Source: an uncultured Desulfurococcaceae archaeon (GTDB lineage: Archaea > Thermoproteota > Thermoprotei_A > Sulfolobales > NBVN01). Taken from it: DNA of 64,000 bases. The notes below the pieces were generated by a model, which saw only the letters and a program-made list of their open reading frames with translations, searched no databases and was not told the origin of the DNA. Within the stretch, counting starts at the first letter, position 1. Each line of letters begins with the position of its first letter. Below, piece by piece: positions 53,517 to 62,677 of the stretch. A program made the translations under genes and the position numbers. Location of the stretch: the NCBI GenBank assembly GCA_964655125.1, contig CAZZLT010000012.1, forward strand, positions 8,076 to 72,075, read 5' to 3'.

Positions 53517-55076
53517 TTAGAATTTAATGTACTTAGGTCTTATGAAGAGGGGTACTTCTTGAACATAGTTCTTACCTAACTGTAATGCTATCTCAGCTTT
53601 CGTAAGTTCTTTCCCGAGGTACATCGCGTGTGATAACTGTGATATGAGTTCAAGCTCGAGAATCTTACTCTGTATTGTTTCTGCATCCCTACCCCTGATT
53701 AAGACCCTACCCTTCCTACCTACATATAAGGCCTCTATACAGTTAAGTTCACGATTAACTCTAATCTTAAATATCCCTAGAGGGTCTAAAACATACGGTC
53801 TTACCTTCTCAGAAACTTCTACGATGTCGTACTCCTTCTCAAACTCTACATCATATCTTTTCTTATCCTTTAATACTAGTAGTGATATCCCGAGATTCTT
53901 AGGTGGTGATTTCTTATATTGTGCGAGTGTAGCCATCTGTGAAGCTATTTTCACTTCTAGTGTTGAGCCTTGAGCCTTCACACTCTTCTCAACAGTAAGT
54001 ACTATACTTATACCTACTTCTTGAGCAAGCATGACTAGAGATGCGTTCACACCAATACTATCAACATCTACAAGCTCTACTACATTACCAATACCTGCTA
54101 ATAGAGGTATTTGAGGATTTCGTTGTTTAAATATGTAGTATGTCAGGAGTGAGGGGAAGAGGTATCCGAAGGGTTCTAATATAGCGTCAGCAAAGACTTT
54201 CTCAAACCCCTTACTCCTGATAGTACTTACTGATTTCTCAAGAAGTTCTACTCTAGTGTTTAAGTCTTTAGGTATAGTACTGGTTGTAGGGTCTCTAGGG
54301 ATAGTAACTACAGCTACTTCCTTCTCAACAACTTTAACTTTATCGATATTAGTTAAATCAATGTTTATAACCATATCAGCACCAGCTTCTATAGCTGAGT
54401 TAATCTCACTCGGTATGAATGAATCAACAGCTACTGGTGTATTGAATTCCTTCTTTAAAGTCTTTACAGCTTTATAGACTTTATCTGGATGTGATTGTAG
54501 GGCTTCAAAACCAAGTACTATTATATCTGTACCATTCTCAACATATCTTAAGGCTTCTTTAATAAGTTTCTCATCATCTAGTAAGTGAGTTTCTGAAATC
54601 TCAGTAGCTACTCTAATTGGTGGTGGGGTTAGAGGTACTCTCAACTTACCGATGTTAATGCTGTTTTCATCAGTTAGTGAATCTTCAATATACTTCAATA
54701 TCTTCTTATCCCTCTCAATAATAATATTACCTAATACTTCATCAGCAGGTATATCCGGTGAGAGTATACTTAAATCATTAAGTCTTAGAACGTCTACTAG
54801 GTCGTAAGCATTTACAGTACCTTTAACAGTCTTAACACCTATAACTTCCTCAACAACTCTCCCAGAACCTCTCGTAAGACCTGGTAGTAGTATGTAGTCG
54901 TAGTCTTTAATAACGTGTTGTTTAAGGTATTGTGCTACGTACTCAGTTGTGAGGAGGGCTGCGACTTGAAAAGGTGTGACTAATACTTCAACATCATGTT
55001 CAGTCTTAGTCTCTGTAAGGACTTTCCTTATAATCGGTTCTGCAAGCCTCCCAGTAATAATGAGTATCTTAGCCAT
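53517..55076 (-). CDS. Dihydropteroate-synthase-like pterin-binding protein (long archaeal form, H4MPT biosynthesis type)
   Basis: 519 aa. MAKILIITGRLAEP N-terminal domain plus a pterin-binding barrel (GTDIIVLGFEA...PVAVDSFIPSEINSAIEAGADMVINID). Confidence 0.6.
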   Translation of the reverse strand: MAKILIITGRLAEPIIRKVLTETKTEHDVEVLVTPFQVAALLTTEYVAQYLKQHVIKDYDYILLPGLTRGSGRVVEEVIGVKTVKGTVNAYDLVDVLRLNDLSILSPDIPADEVLGNIIIERDKKILKYIEDSLTDENSINIGKLRVPLTPPPIRVATEISETHLLDDEKLIKEALRYVENGTDIIVLGFEALQSHPDKVYKAVKTLKKEFNTPVAVDSFIPSEINSAIEAGADMVINIDLTNIDKVKVVEKEVAVVTIPRDPTTSTIPKDLNTRVELLEKSVSTIRSKGFEKVFADAILEPFGYLFPSLLTYYIFKQRNPQIPLLAGIGNVVELVDVDSIGVNASLVMLAQEVGISIVLTVEKSVKAQGSTLEVKIASQMATLAQYKKSPPKNLGISLLVLKDKKRYDVEFEKEYDIVEVSEKVRPYVLDPLGIFKIRVNRELNCIEALYVGRKGRVLIRGRDAETIQSKILELELISQLSHAMYLGKELTKAEIALQLGKNYVQEVPLFIRPKYIKF

Positions 55077-55139
55077 AACCCGTTACACCTAGTAATAAAG
55101 TAAGACTACCTAACAAATAAATATGTAGGAGGTGAGTAT

Positions 55140-55883
55140 GTGGAGTTAAGAACTATTGCGTGGGCTATAACCGGTGGTGGTGCTTACTTAAGAGAGTGTG
55201 TAGATGTTATGGAGTATGTGAAGAAGGAGTTTAACCTTAAAGTAACGATATTCTTGAGTAGGTGGGGTTATGAAGTAGTTAGGATATTCGGTGTATTACC
55301 TAGGCTTAAGAGTATTGCTTCTGGAGGGTATTACGAGGAGTTCTTAGTTGAGGATGAGGGGATGTACTATGTTGGTAGAGTTAATATGAGGAAGTACCTT
55401 GCAGTTATTATAATGCCAGCTACAGCTAATACAGTAGCTAAGATTGTGTATGGTATTGCTGATACTGTAGTTACAGCATTATTCGCACAAGCAGAGAAGA
55501 GTTTAGTACCTATAGTAATCCTCCCTACGGATATCCCAGATAGTGATGGTTATGTAGTTACAGAACTACCTTGCCGTATAGATAGGTCTGTATGCTCAGT
55601 AACTAATTGTAGGGTGTGTGAACCTACTATTAAGTGTCCTGTAAAAGCTATTACAGTAGTAGATAGTTACCCTAGGATAGATTTAAGTAAGTGTGTAGGT
55701 TGTGAACTCTGTATGAAGTTATGTCCGTATAAAGCTATTAAGTGTTGGGAGGAGGTTAAGTTAATTCCTAGACCTATAGACTTAGAGAATATCAGTAAGT
55801 TATCTAGGTTGAGGAACGTCATCATAGTTAGAAATCCTTTAGATGTTATTGAGAAGATTAAATCATTAATAAATTCAACTTAG
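55140..55883 (+). CDS. Archaeal flavoprotein with C-terminal 2x[4Fe-4S] ferredoxin domain (DmrX/MJ0208-type dihydromethanopterin reductase candidate)
   Basis: AWAITGGGAYL and MPATANTVAKIVYGIADT (flavoprotein PATANT motif), then CxxCxxxxxCP and CVGCELCMKLCP cluster motifs. Confidence 0.6.
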   Translation: MELRTIAWAITGGGAYLRECVDVMEYVKKEFNLKVTIFLSRWGYEVVRIFGVLPRLKSIASGGYYEEFLVEDEGMYYVGRVNMRKYLAVIIMPATANTVAKIVYGIADTVVTALFAQAEKSLVPIVILPTDIPDSDGYVVTELPCRIDRSVCSVTNCRVCEPTIKCPVKAITVVDSYPRIDLSKCVGCELCMKLCPYKAIKCWEEVKLIPRPIDLENISKLSRLRNVIIVRNPLDVIEKIKSLINST

Positions 55884-55887
55884 TAAA

Positions 55888-57063
55888 TCACTCTACACAT
55901 AGTCTCGGATTTACAACAATTTCTTTATATGTGTTCTGAATCCTTTCTTTAAACCCCCTTAACTTCTCATGTGTTAAGTAATCAGCTACAGTACCACAAG
56001 CCTCCTCTATCCCCATATGCTTTACTAGGTCCTTGAAGAATCCTCCAATAACACCATCACCTATTGCTGCATAACCTTGAGCACCTTCCTTACTAATTAC
56101 AGCACCTTTAAGAGGTTGAGTATGTAGGATCTCAATATCTCTTAAGAATTCCTTTAAGAGTTTCTTAACTAACTCTACCTTACTATGCCTACCAGTTAAT
56201 AATACTACCTCTGCTTTAGGATTAGTAATTAAGACTCTAGCTACGTCCTTCGCAATAGATTCTACGAAGCCCTTAAACATTGAGGCTAGAGGTTCTTCAC
56301 CCCCCTCATAAGCTTTTGCAAGGATATTCATATCGAAAGTGTTTGTATGGTAGAATATACCTCCGTGGAAGACATCCCACCTATCCCAACGATCTACCCT
56401 AACAACAACTTCTAAGTCTAAAGACCCTGCCGTGAGTGTACCTAAAGATGCGTAAGTACCTCCAATACCATCAACTACCTTACCATTACTTACAGATATA
56501 ACTGCGTTATAACCGAATCCGAGCTCAGCTACGATTAAGTTAATATTACTGTAGTCTAGACCTTCCTCCTGACCGTAGTTATAGGTAGCTATGAACGTAG
56601 CTGCTAGTTTATCTACTGTACCCATATCTACCTTATTAAGCTTCCTATACGTAGGTACTGTCGGTAGTAGTATTATTGATGGTAGGAACAGTACTCTATC
56701 CCTATAAGTCTTAACTAAGTGTTCTACGACTTTAGCTAACGCATCATAAACCCAAATCCCTACCTCACCAGCTTCAACACCTCTCCTAATATCCTCTTCA
56801 GTACTTAGGAGTAGTATCTCTACAGCGAATTTACGTGGATTTAAAACCTCATTACCTCTAGTTATCGGTACACCATAACCTGAAGGTGCGACTATATAAT
56901 CAGCTCTAAGCTTATCTACAGTATTAACTAGTACGTTAGGGTCTTTAGCAATAGTAGCTGTATCAATACTCTCCTCAGCTACTACAACACCATCTTCAAG
57001 GACTACTACGTCGAAGGTCTTAGTTCCTGGATCTATACCTAAAACCCTCAAAACCTTCACCAC
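55888..57063 (-). CDS. ASKHA-fold (actin/sugar-kinase-like) protein, DUF1464-like
   Basis: VLGIDPGTKTFDVVVL phosphate-1 motif. 391 aa. The family name is recalled from memory only. Confidence 0.4.
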   Translation of the reverse strand: MVKVLRVLGIDPGTKTFDVVVLEDGVVVAEESIDTATIAKDPNVLVNTVDKLRADYIVAPSGYGVPITRGNEVLNPRKFAVEILLLSTEEDIRRGVEAGEVGIWVYDALAKVVEHLVKTYRDRVLFLPSIILLPTVPTYRKLNKVDMGTVDKLAATFIATYNYGQEEGLDYSNINLIVAELGFGYNAVISVSNGKVVDGIGGTYASLGTLTAGSLDLEVVVRVDRWDRWDVFHGGIFYHTNTFDMNILAKAYEGGEEPLASMFKGFVESIAKDVARVLITNPKAEVVLLTGRHSKVELVKKLLKEFLRDIEILHTQPLKGAVISKEGAQGYAAIGDGVIGGFFKDLVKHMGIEEACGTVADYLTHEKLRGFKERIQNTYKEIVVNPRLCVE

Positions 57064-57142
57064 CCTAAGTTCGAGAAGTAACTCTATAAACCCGATATAA
57101 GGTTTTCTCTAGGGCCTAATAATTAAGTATTCTAAACCATAA

Positions 57143-58000
57143 CTAACTGTATATACTTGCGTAACACGTATCTAAGCTAATACATGTTGAGTTATTGAAG
57201 TACTTCTCTAACCTACAATCCGATACTGATAGTCTTACACCTATAGGTATCTCACTATACCTCATCCTTAAACTCCTCACTAAAACCCTCCCTAAACTAC
57301 TCTCTGCAACGTATGTGTAGGGCATTACATAAGATGATACACTCTCCACAATAGTAAGTTCACCACTAAATAACTCATAACCCTCTACACATGTAGGTCT
57401 TACATCCTCCTTACATGACAGTACCCGTATACTATAGACTGTATTACCGATAACTCCCTCCAACACTCTATTCCTTAACAACATAACTCTAGTCCTTAAA
57501 TCACATCCTTCAAACTCGTCAATATCCTCTAAAGGTCTAGTAATCCCCTTCAACCTAAACTCCTTAAGCCTCTCATATACTTTAAACCCAACACCTACAT
57601 CCTTAATAATTAGGTCTACATCCCTAGGCTTAATACCCTCCAATAATGTTGATACTAAGTAACTCCCAGTTAACCCTACCTCACCTAACTCGTTAGGGTT
57701 AAGACCTTCTAAAATCAGATTTACTTCTTGAGGTAGGTCTGGCCATAAACCCCTATTGAATGGGTTTAAGACCTCCTCTACCTCATCCCTCCTTAATAAC
57801 GGTACTTCTAATTTCAAACAATCACTATACCTCATAACCTCAAGCTTCCTAGCTATACTTAAAGCTCTATCCATACTCTTAATCTTTAACTGATTAACTA
57901 TATCGTAACGTGGGTAAGCAATTACATAATCGTTAAAGTGTTCACACCCCTTAACAACCCATAAGTAATTCCTATACTTAATTAAGTACCCCTCAATCAT
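57143..58000 (-). CDS. Pol-beta-superfamily nucleotidyltransferase with C-terminal beta-rich (OB-like) domain, paralogue of the 58115 gene
   Basis: GLTGSYLVSTLLEGIKPRDVDLII (G-S-x12-D-x-D). Shares an N-terminal pattern (V.G..H..N.V.aY..Y) with the neighbour. Confidence 0.4.
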   Translation of the reverse strand: MIEGYLIKYRNYLWVVKGCEHFNDYVIAYPRYDIVNQLKIKSMDRALSIARKLEVMRYSDCLKLEVPLLRRDEVEEVLNPFNRGLWPDLPQEVNLILEGLNPNELGEVGLTGSYLVSTLLEGIKPRDVDLIIKDVGVGFKVYERLKEFRLKGITRPLEDIDEFEGCDLRTRVMLLRNRVLEGVIGNTVYSIRVLSCKEDVRPTCVEGYELFSGELTIVESVSSYVMPYTYVAESSLGRVLVRSLRMRYSEIPIGVRLSVSDCRLEKYFNNSTCISLDTCYASIYS

Positions 58001-58114
58001 ATCTAAAGACTAACCGTATATCATAACTACGTAGAGAGTTAAAAATCTGAGTATGGGGGTATAAGTACTATAAGTTAAATTATTAGTAAGTTGTTAGTAT
58101 CACTGGTATATGAG

Positions 58115-59197
58115 ATGAGAGGGTTTAGAGATAGGGATTTCTTAGAGTCTAGGGAGGGCTTAATCTTCTGTGTTATCGGTAATGTACATCCAGTTAATAA
58201 GGTATTAACGTATTTGAAGTACATACTACATCATTCCTCAAGTATTAGGACTAAGTGGGGTAGGGATGGTGTTATGTATGGTAGGATCTTACCTTACTAT
58301 AGTGCTATAGGTGTTAGGAATACTATGGACTACTTAAGAGAACGTTATCCTGAGTATATAGTATTTGATGAGTATAGGTCTGTAGAGTTAATAGAAGTAC
58401 CGAGGTATAAGATTAAAACTCATTTTAAACCTGAGGAGAGGTTACAGGAATTAATTAACTCACCACGGGATGGGTTAGAAGAACTAGCGTTAGAGTTAGT
58501 TAAGGAGTTATCAGATATAACTAATATTAACTTAAGTAATTTCGGGATTACAGGATCTCTACTCCTGAAAATACATAATCTACAGTACTCAGATATAGAT
58601 GTAATTATCTACGGTAAACGTAATAGTTGGGTTGTTAGGGATAGCTTAAGAGAATTACTACATAGTGAGAGGAAACCGTACTTCTCACTACCTAAGGGGG
58701 AGGTACTTAAGGAGTGGAGTAGGGATATAACATCACATCACCCGTTAAGTTTAGAGGAAGCAATGCTCCTATACAGTAAGTATAAGTGGAATAGAGCTAT
58801 CTACCGTGGAAGACAGTTCTCTATACACCCAGTTAAGTTAGAAGATGAAGTAAGTGAGTGTTGGGAGGATAAGGTCTACAGACCTTTAGGTCTTGTGAAG
58901 ATTAAAGCTAAGGTCATAGACAGTAGTGACTCTATATTCATGCCAGCTACATACGTAGTTAGTGATGTTAAGGTATTAGAAGGTCCTAACCCACCTAACA
59001 ATATATCAAGGGTAGTTAGTTATGAAGGTCTGTATATAGACCTTGCTGAACCTGAGGATGAGATAGTAGCTTACGGGAAATTAGAGGAAGTAGAGGATTT
59101 AAGGTGTGGAGAGACTTACTATCAAGTTACTGTAGGTACTTTTGAAGCTAACGGTAAAGACTATATTAAACCTGTAAAGTGGTTTAAACCTTATTAA
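58115..59197 (+). CDS. Pol-beta-superfamily nucleotidyltransferase with C-terminal OB-like domain
   Basis: GITGSLLLKIHNLQYSDIDVIIYG (G-S-x11-D-x-D). The ATG at 58115 lies about 32 nt after the TATA-like TTAAATTATT; the track start is TTG at 58091. Confidence 0.45.
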   Translation: MRGFRDRDFLESREGLIFCVIGNVHPVNKVLTYLKYILHHSSSIRTKWGRDGVMYGRILPYYSAIGVRNTMDYLRERYPEYIVFDEYRSVELIEVPRYKIKTHFKPEERLQELINSPRDGLEELALELVKELSDITNINLSNFGITGSLLLKIHNLQYSDIDVIIYGKRNSWVVRDSLRELLHSERKPYFSLPKGEVLKEWSRDITSHHPLSLEEAMLLYSKYKWNRAIYRGRQFSIHPVKLEDEVSECWEDKVYRPLGLVKIKAKVIDSSDSIFMPATYVVSDVKVLEGPNPPNNISRVVSYEGLYIDLAEPEDEIVAYGKLEEVEDLRCGETYYQVTVGTFEANGKDYIKPVKWFKPY

Positions 59198-59297
59198 AAA
59201 ATCTTTTACGTCTTAACCTAACTAGAGGTAGTAATCTACTTATTACATCATGACTAACCTACCATAAACTTCACTATAGTTGAAGGGGTTCGAAAGA

Positions 59298-59307
59298 TTA
59301 ATATAAA
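59298..59307 (+). promoter_or_regulatory. TATA-like box TTAATATAAA upstream of mfnB
   Basis: Centred about 25 nt upstream of the GTG at 59328. Confidence 0.35.
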
Positions 59308-59327
59308 TTTACTAAATACTTTATTAG

Positions 59328-60068
59328 GTGTATGACTTGATTAAGCTGTTAATCTCGATAAAACATCCTTTCGAATTTGAGAGTGCTTTACGTGGTGGGG
59401 CTGATATCATTGATGTGAAAGATCCTTCTAGGGGTAGTTTAGGATTACCTGATTATAGTGTCTTAAGGGAGGTAGTAGGGAGGGTTAGGAGGTTTGATAT
59501 GTCTGAGGTAGAGATTAGTTTTGCTGGAGGAGATTTTAGGAGGTTTGAACCGTTTCTAGAGTATATAGCTTATGTTGCTGGGTCATTAGGTGTTAATTAC
59601 TTTAAGATAGGTCTAGCAATTAAGTCTGTAGATGAGGCTAGAGTAGTAGGGTTGAGGGTATCAGATGTTTTAAAATCATTTAATACTAAGTTAGTTTTAG
59701 TAGGGTATGCTGATTTTAAACGTGTTGAGTCTATAGAGCCTTTAGAAGTACTTGAGGTATCTAGAGGTGTAGAAGCAGATGTTGTAATGATTGATACTTA
59801 TGTGAAGGACGGTAAGTCAACATTCGATTTCTTAAGTAAGAACTACTTAGAATGTTTTACTGAGGAAGCACGTAAGAACGGTTTAATAACTGCTTTAGCT
59901 GGGAGTTTAAGGACTTACCACGTTCTTGACGCTATTAAATTAAGGTTTGATATAGTTGGGTTTAGAGGTGCTGTTTGTATCGGGGGTAGGGATGGGGTAG
60001 TCTCAGAAGAACTTGTGAGGGAGGTGAAGAAGGTAATTTACCAAACCCCTAAATCCGTAATCACTTAA
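59328..60068 (+). CDS. mfnB: (5-formylfuran-3-yl)methyl phosphate synthase (MfnB / DUF556 / orfY family)
   Basis: LISIKHPFEFESALRGGADIIDVKDPSRGSLG matches the MfnB N-terminal motif (..GADIIDVKNP..GSLG). 246 aa. Confidence 0.7.
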   Translation: MYDLIKLLISIKHPFEFESALRGGADIIDVKDPSRGSLGLPDYSVLREVVGRVRRFDMSEVEISFAGGDFRRFEPFLEYIAYVAGSLGVNYFKIGLAIKSVDEARVVGLRVSDVLKSFNTKLVLVGYADFKRVESIEPLEVLEVSRGVEADVVMIDTYVKDGKSTFDFLSKNYLECFTEEARKNGLITALAGSLRTYHVLDAIKLRFDIVGFRGAVCIGGRDGVVSEELVREVKKVIYQTPKSVIT

Positions 60069-60150
60069 TGACCTAAGGAAAACTAATTACTTTAAACCCC
60101 TACCTAATAAGTTACACTACTGAGTAATTTAGGTTATATTACTGATGTGG

Positions 60151-60822
60151 TTAGGAAGGATTTATGAGGGTATAATCTCCGGATTCCTCATTCACTATAC
60201 TACGTAGTAGGTAGGGTTTAAACATGTTGTATATTATTAAGGGTATTTCAACCTTACGGAGGAGTTCTATAGTGTAAGGGTCGATAACATCTGTACTTAA
60301 CTGCTGTAGGTCGGCTCTAGTTATCTTCTTAATTAAATTACCTTGTTTATCTAGGATACCGTCTACAGGTTTAGCCAGTATAACCATACATGCTCTTAAG
60401 AGTTCAGCAATGTATATCGCTATTGAATCACTAGTTACATCCCAACTATGTGGGAGTTCATTAAATGCCCTTAAGATCTTATAAGGCATTAAGATCGGTA
60501 TATTACCCTTACTTACAGCATCATATACTTCTATGAGGTTATCAACTTCTACAGTAATACCTAAATCATCAAGACTTTTAATGTATGTACCGTACACCTC
60601 CATAGCCTTAATCGCGAGCCAGTGTGCTACATCATCGTTAAATCCTAACTTCTTCTGTAATTCCCTTACGAGATCTGCGAATACACTACCACCAGGTATT
60701 ACCACGAACTTAACTAACTTACTTAAAGGTCTTAACTCATGTAATGTCTTCTTAATGACCTCCTCATGATTAATTAAGTGACCGGATAGTTTAAGAACTA
60801 CTAACTTACTCATTAATAACAA
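60151..60822 (-). CDS. Amino-acid-kinase-fold protein (MfnE-like / methylotroph orf21-like)
   Basis: LVVLKLSGHLI and VVIPGGSVFAD are Asp/Glu/uridylate-kinase-type motifs. Overlaps the upstream gene by 17 nt. The MfnE link is from memory. Confidence 0.5.
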   Translation of the reverse strand: MLLMSKLVVLKLSGHLINHEEVIKKTLHELRPLSKLVKFVVIPGGSVFADLVRELQKKLGFNDDVAHWLAIKAMEVYGTYIKSLDDLGITVEVDNLIEVYDAVSKGNIPILMPYKILRAFNELPHSWDVTSDSIAIYIAELLRACMVILAKPVDGILDKQGNLIKKITRADLQQLSTDVIDPYTIELLRKVEIPLIIYNMFKPYLLRSIVNEESGDYTLINPS

Positions 60823-61885
60823 CCTTACTCAACACCATTAATGCTGAAGCATATGATGGTAGTACACTCGCTACCTTCTCACCTATAAGCTCATTAATAC
60901 TTACTATCTTCTTAAAACCAGCTCTCCTACTAGCTTCAGCTGCTAAGAACTCACCGAGACCTGCTGTTATAACTGTAAAACCTTCTAGGTTAACTCCTTG
61001 AGAGACTAACCAAGACCTAACCTGCATTAATGCCTCAAATACTGTAAGTATTTGTTTCTCATAGATGTACCTAGCAATTTCAACAGCTTCTTTAGGGCTG
61101 ATGATGTTGGAGTCAGCACATATTATACGTGCTATCCTCTGTATAGCTTCTTCTAAGCTCTTCCCCCTACCATCAGCTGTTTCAGTAGTGTATTCCTCAT
61201 TACTTATATGACCTAGTATTAAGTGTATATCACCTATTAGTGAGAATCTCTCTGAAGATACTCGAGTATAGAATCCTCTATATGGGACACTACTTACTAG
61301 AGTAGCTACATTACCTCTTAACACACCTGTATAGACTAACTCACCGTAGGTTAACTTCTCAGGGTCTGTATAACCTCTAACTCTCACATCACAATTAACT
61401 ATAGGTATTATAGTAGTAGTTGTACTACCGATATCTACGAGTACAGCGTCGTGTATACCCCACTCATAGCATTTATACTTCATTAACCACGCAGTAGCAG
61501 CCCAGTTAGCAGCAGCTACTCTTAAGTAGTTCTCTACAGCTTTAGTAGAGTGTATGAGGTCTATATCAACTGTTACGTAGTATACCCCCTTAGAATCACT
61601 GTATACATCCTCTACAATCTCCACGATGGTTTTAACCCCCTCATACTTAGTCTTAAATACATCAGAAAGTTCTGCAGTCATCGTCACTCCTACGTAATAC
61701 TCCCCTGACTTCAGAGAGAATTCCTTTTTAATCTCCTTAAGTAGTTGTTTAAGAGATTCTATACCTCTTAACCATAGTGGGTGATATCTACGTATTACAC
61801 CACTAACACTTACACCTCTATCATTAAGGGTGATACCAACAGCTTTAACATTAGCACCACCTACATCAAGTCCGAGAATATCCAC
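60806..61885 (-). CDS. Hydantoinase-A-like ASKHA protein of the 'H4MPT-linked C1 transfer pathway protein' type (MfnF-like / orf22-like)
   Basis: ILGLDVGGANVKAV and VLVDIGSTTTTIIPI ASKHA motifs. 359 aa. Confidence 0.5.
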   Translation of the reverse strand: MDILGLDVGGANVKAVGITLNDRGVSVSGVIRRYHPLWLRGIESLKQLLKEIKKEFSLKSGEYYVGVTMTAELSDVFKTKYEGVKTIVEIVEDVYSDSKGVYYVTVDIDLIHSTKAVENYLRVAAANWAATAWLMKYKCYEWGIHDAVLVDIGSTTTTIIPIVNCDVRVRGYTDPEKLTYGELVYTGVLRGNVATLVSSVPYRGFYTRVSSERFSLIGDIHLILGHISNEEYTTETADGRGKSLEEAIQRIARIICADSNIISPKEAVEIARYIYEKQILTVFEALMQVRSWLVSQGVNLEGFTVITAGLGEFLAAEASRRAGFKKIVSINELIGEKVASVLPSYASALMVLSKVVINE

Positions 61886-61969
61886 TTTAAACCCCTACAA
61901 TAGTATACCTTAGTAAATACCCCTATTAATTATTTAATAAGTATAGTAACATTATCTTGGTGTTAAGGT

Positions 61970-62647
61970 TTGATAGAGATTATCCCAGTGTTGGATATTA
62001 TGGGCGGTTTAGTTGTTCACGCAGTTGCTGGGCGTAGGGATGAGTATAAGCCGTTGAGGGGGAGTGTATTAGCGGATAAACCAGACCCTCACCTCATCTT
62101 AACCAGTCTTAAGAACTTAGGTTTTACAACTGTTTACATAGCTGATCTAGACGCTATTATGGGGAGAGGGGATAATAGTAGTGTTATCTACACTGCGGCT
62201 GTGTTAGGCTTTAAGGTGTTAGCTGATGTTGGGAGGAGAGGTTTAAGTCTAGCTGATACTGATAGAGTAGCATATGTTATTGGGACTGAGTATATGAGGT
62301 ACCCTAACGAGGTAGGACTCCTAGTTGGTAGGGTAGTAAGTCTAGATATGTATGGGGATGAGGTATTGTTCAGTAATACTCGTAGGAGGGTAAATGAGGT
62401 TATAGATGATTTTAAAAGAGTAGAGTTTAAGAAGGTTCTTGTTATTGATTTAAGTCGTGTAGGTACGGGGTCTGGGGTTAATAAGGCTGTTATTTCAGAA
62501 CTAGTTAAGTACTTCCCTGGGAAACTCATTGTTGGAGGAGGTGTTAGAGGAGAAGGTGATGTGATGTACTTAAGGGATGTAGGGGTAGTTGGGGTTTTAG
62601 TAGCTACAGCTATACATAAGGGAGTTATACGTAGACCGGTATATTAG
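61970..62647 (+). CDS. HisA/HisF-family (beta/alpha)8 barrel protein, H4MPT-cluster type
   Basis: IIPVLDIMGGLVVHAVAG and GVVGVLVATAIHKG are the terminal phosphate-binding motifs of HisA/HisF-like barrels. Confidence 0.6.
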   Translation: MIEIIPVLDIMGGLVVHAVAGRRDEYKPLRGSVLADKPDPHLILTSLKNLGFTTVYIADLDAIMGRGDNSSVIYTAAVLGFKVLADVGRRGLSLADTDRVAYVIGTEYMRYPNEVGLLVGRVVSLDMYGDEVLFSNTRRRVNEVIDDFKRVEFKKVLVIDLSRVGTGSGVNKAVISELVKYFPGKLIVGGGVRGEGDVMYLRDVGVVGVLVATAIHKGVIRRPVY

Positions 62648-62677
62648 GTATGTGTATCAATCCTTAATACCTATGTA

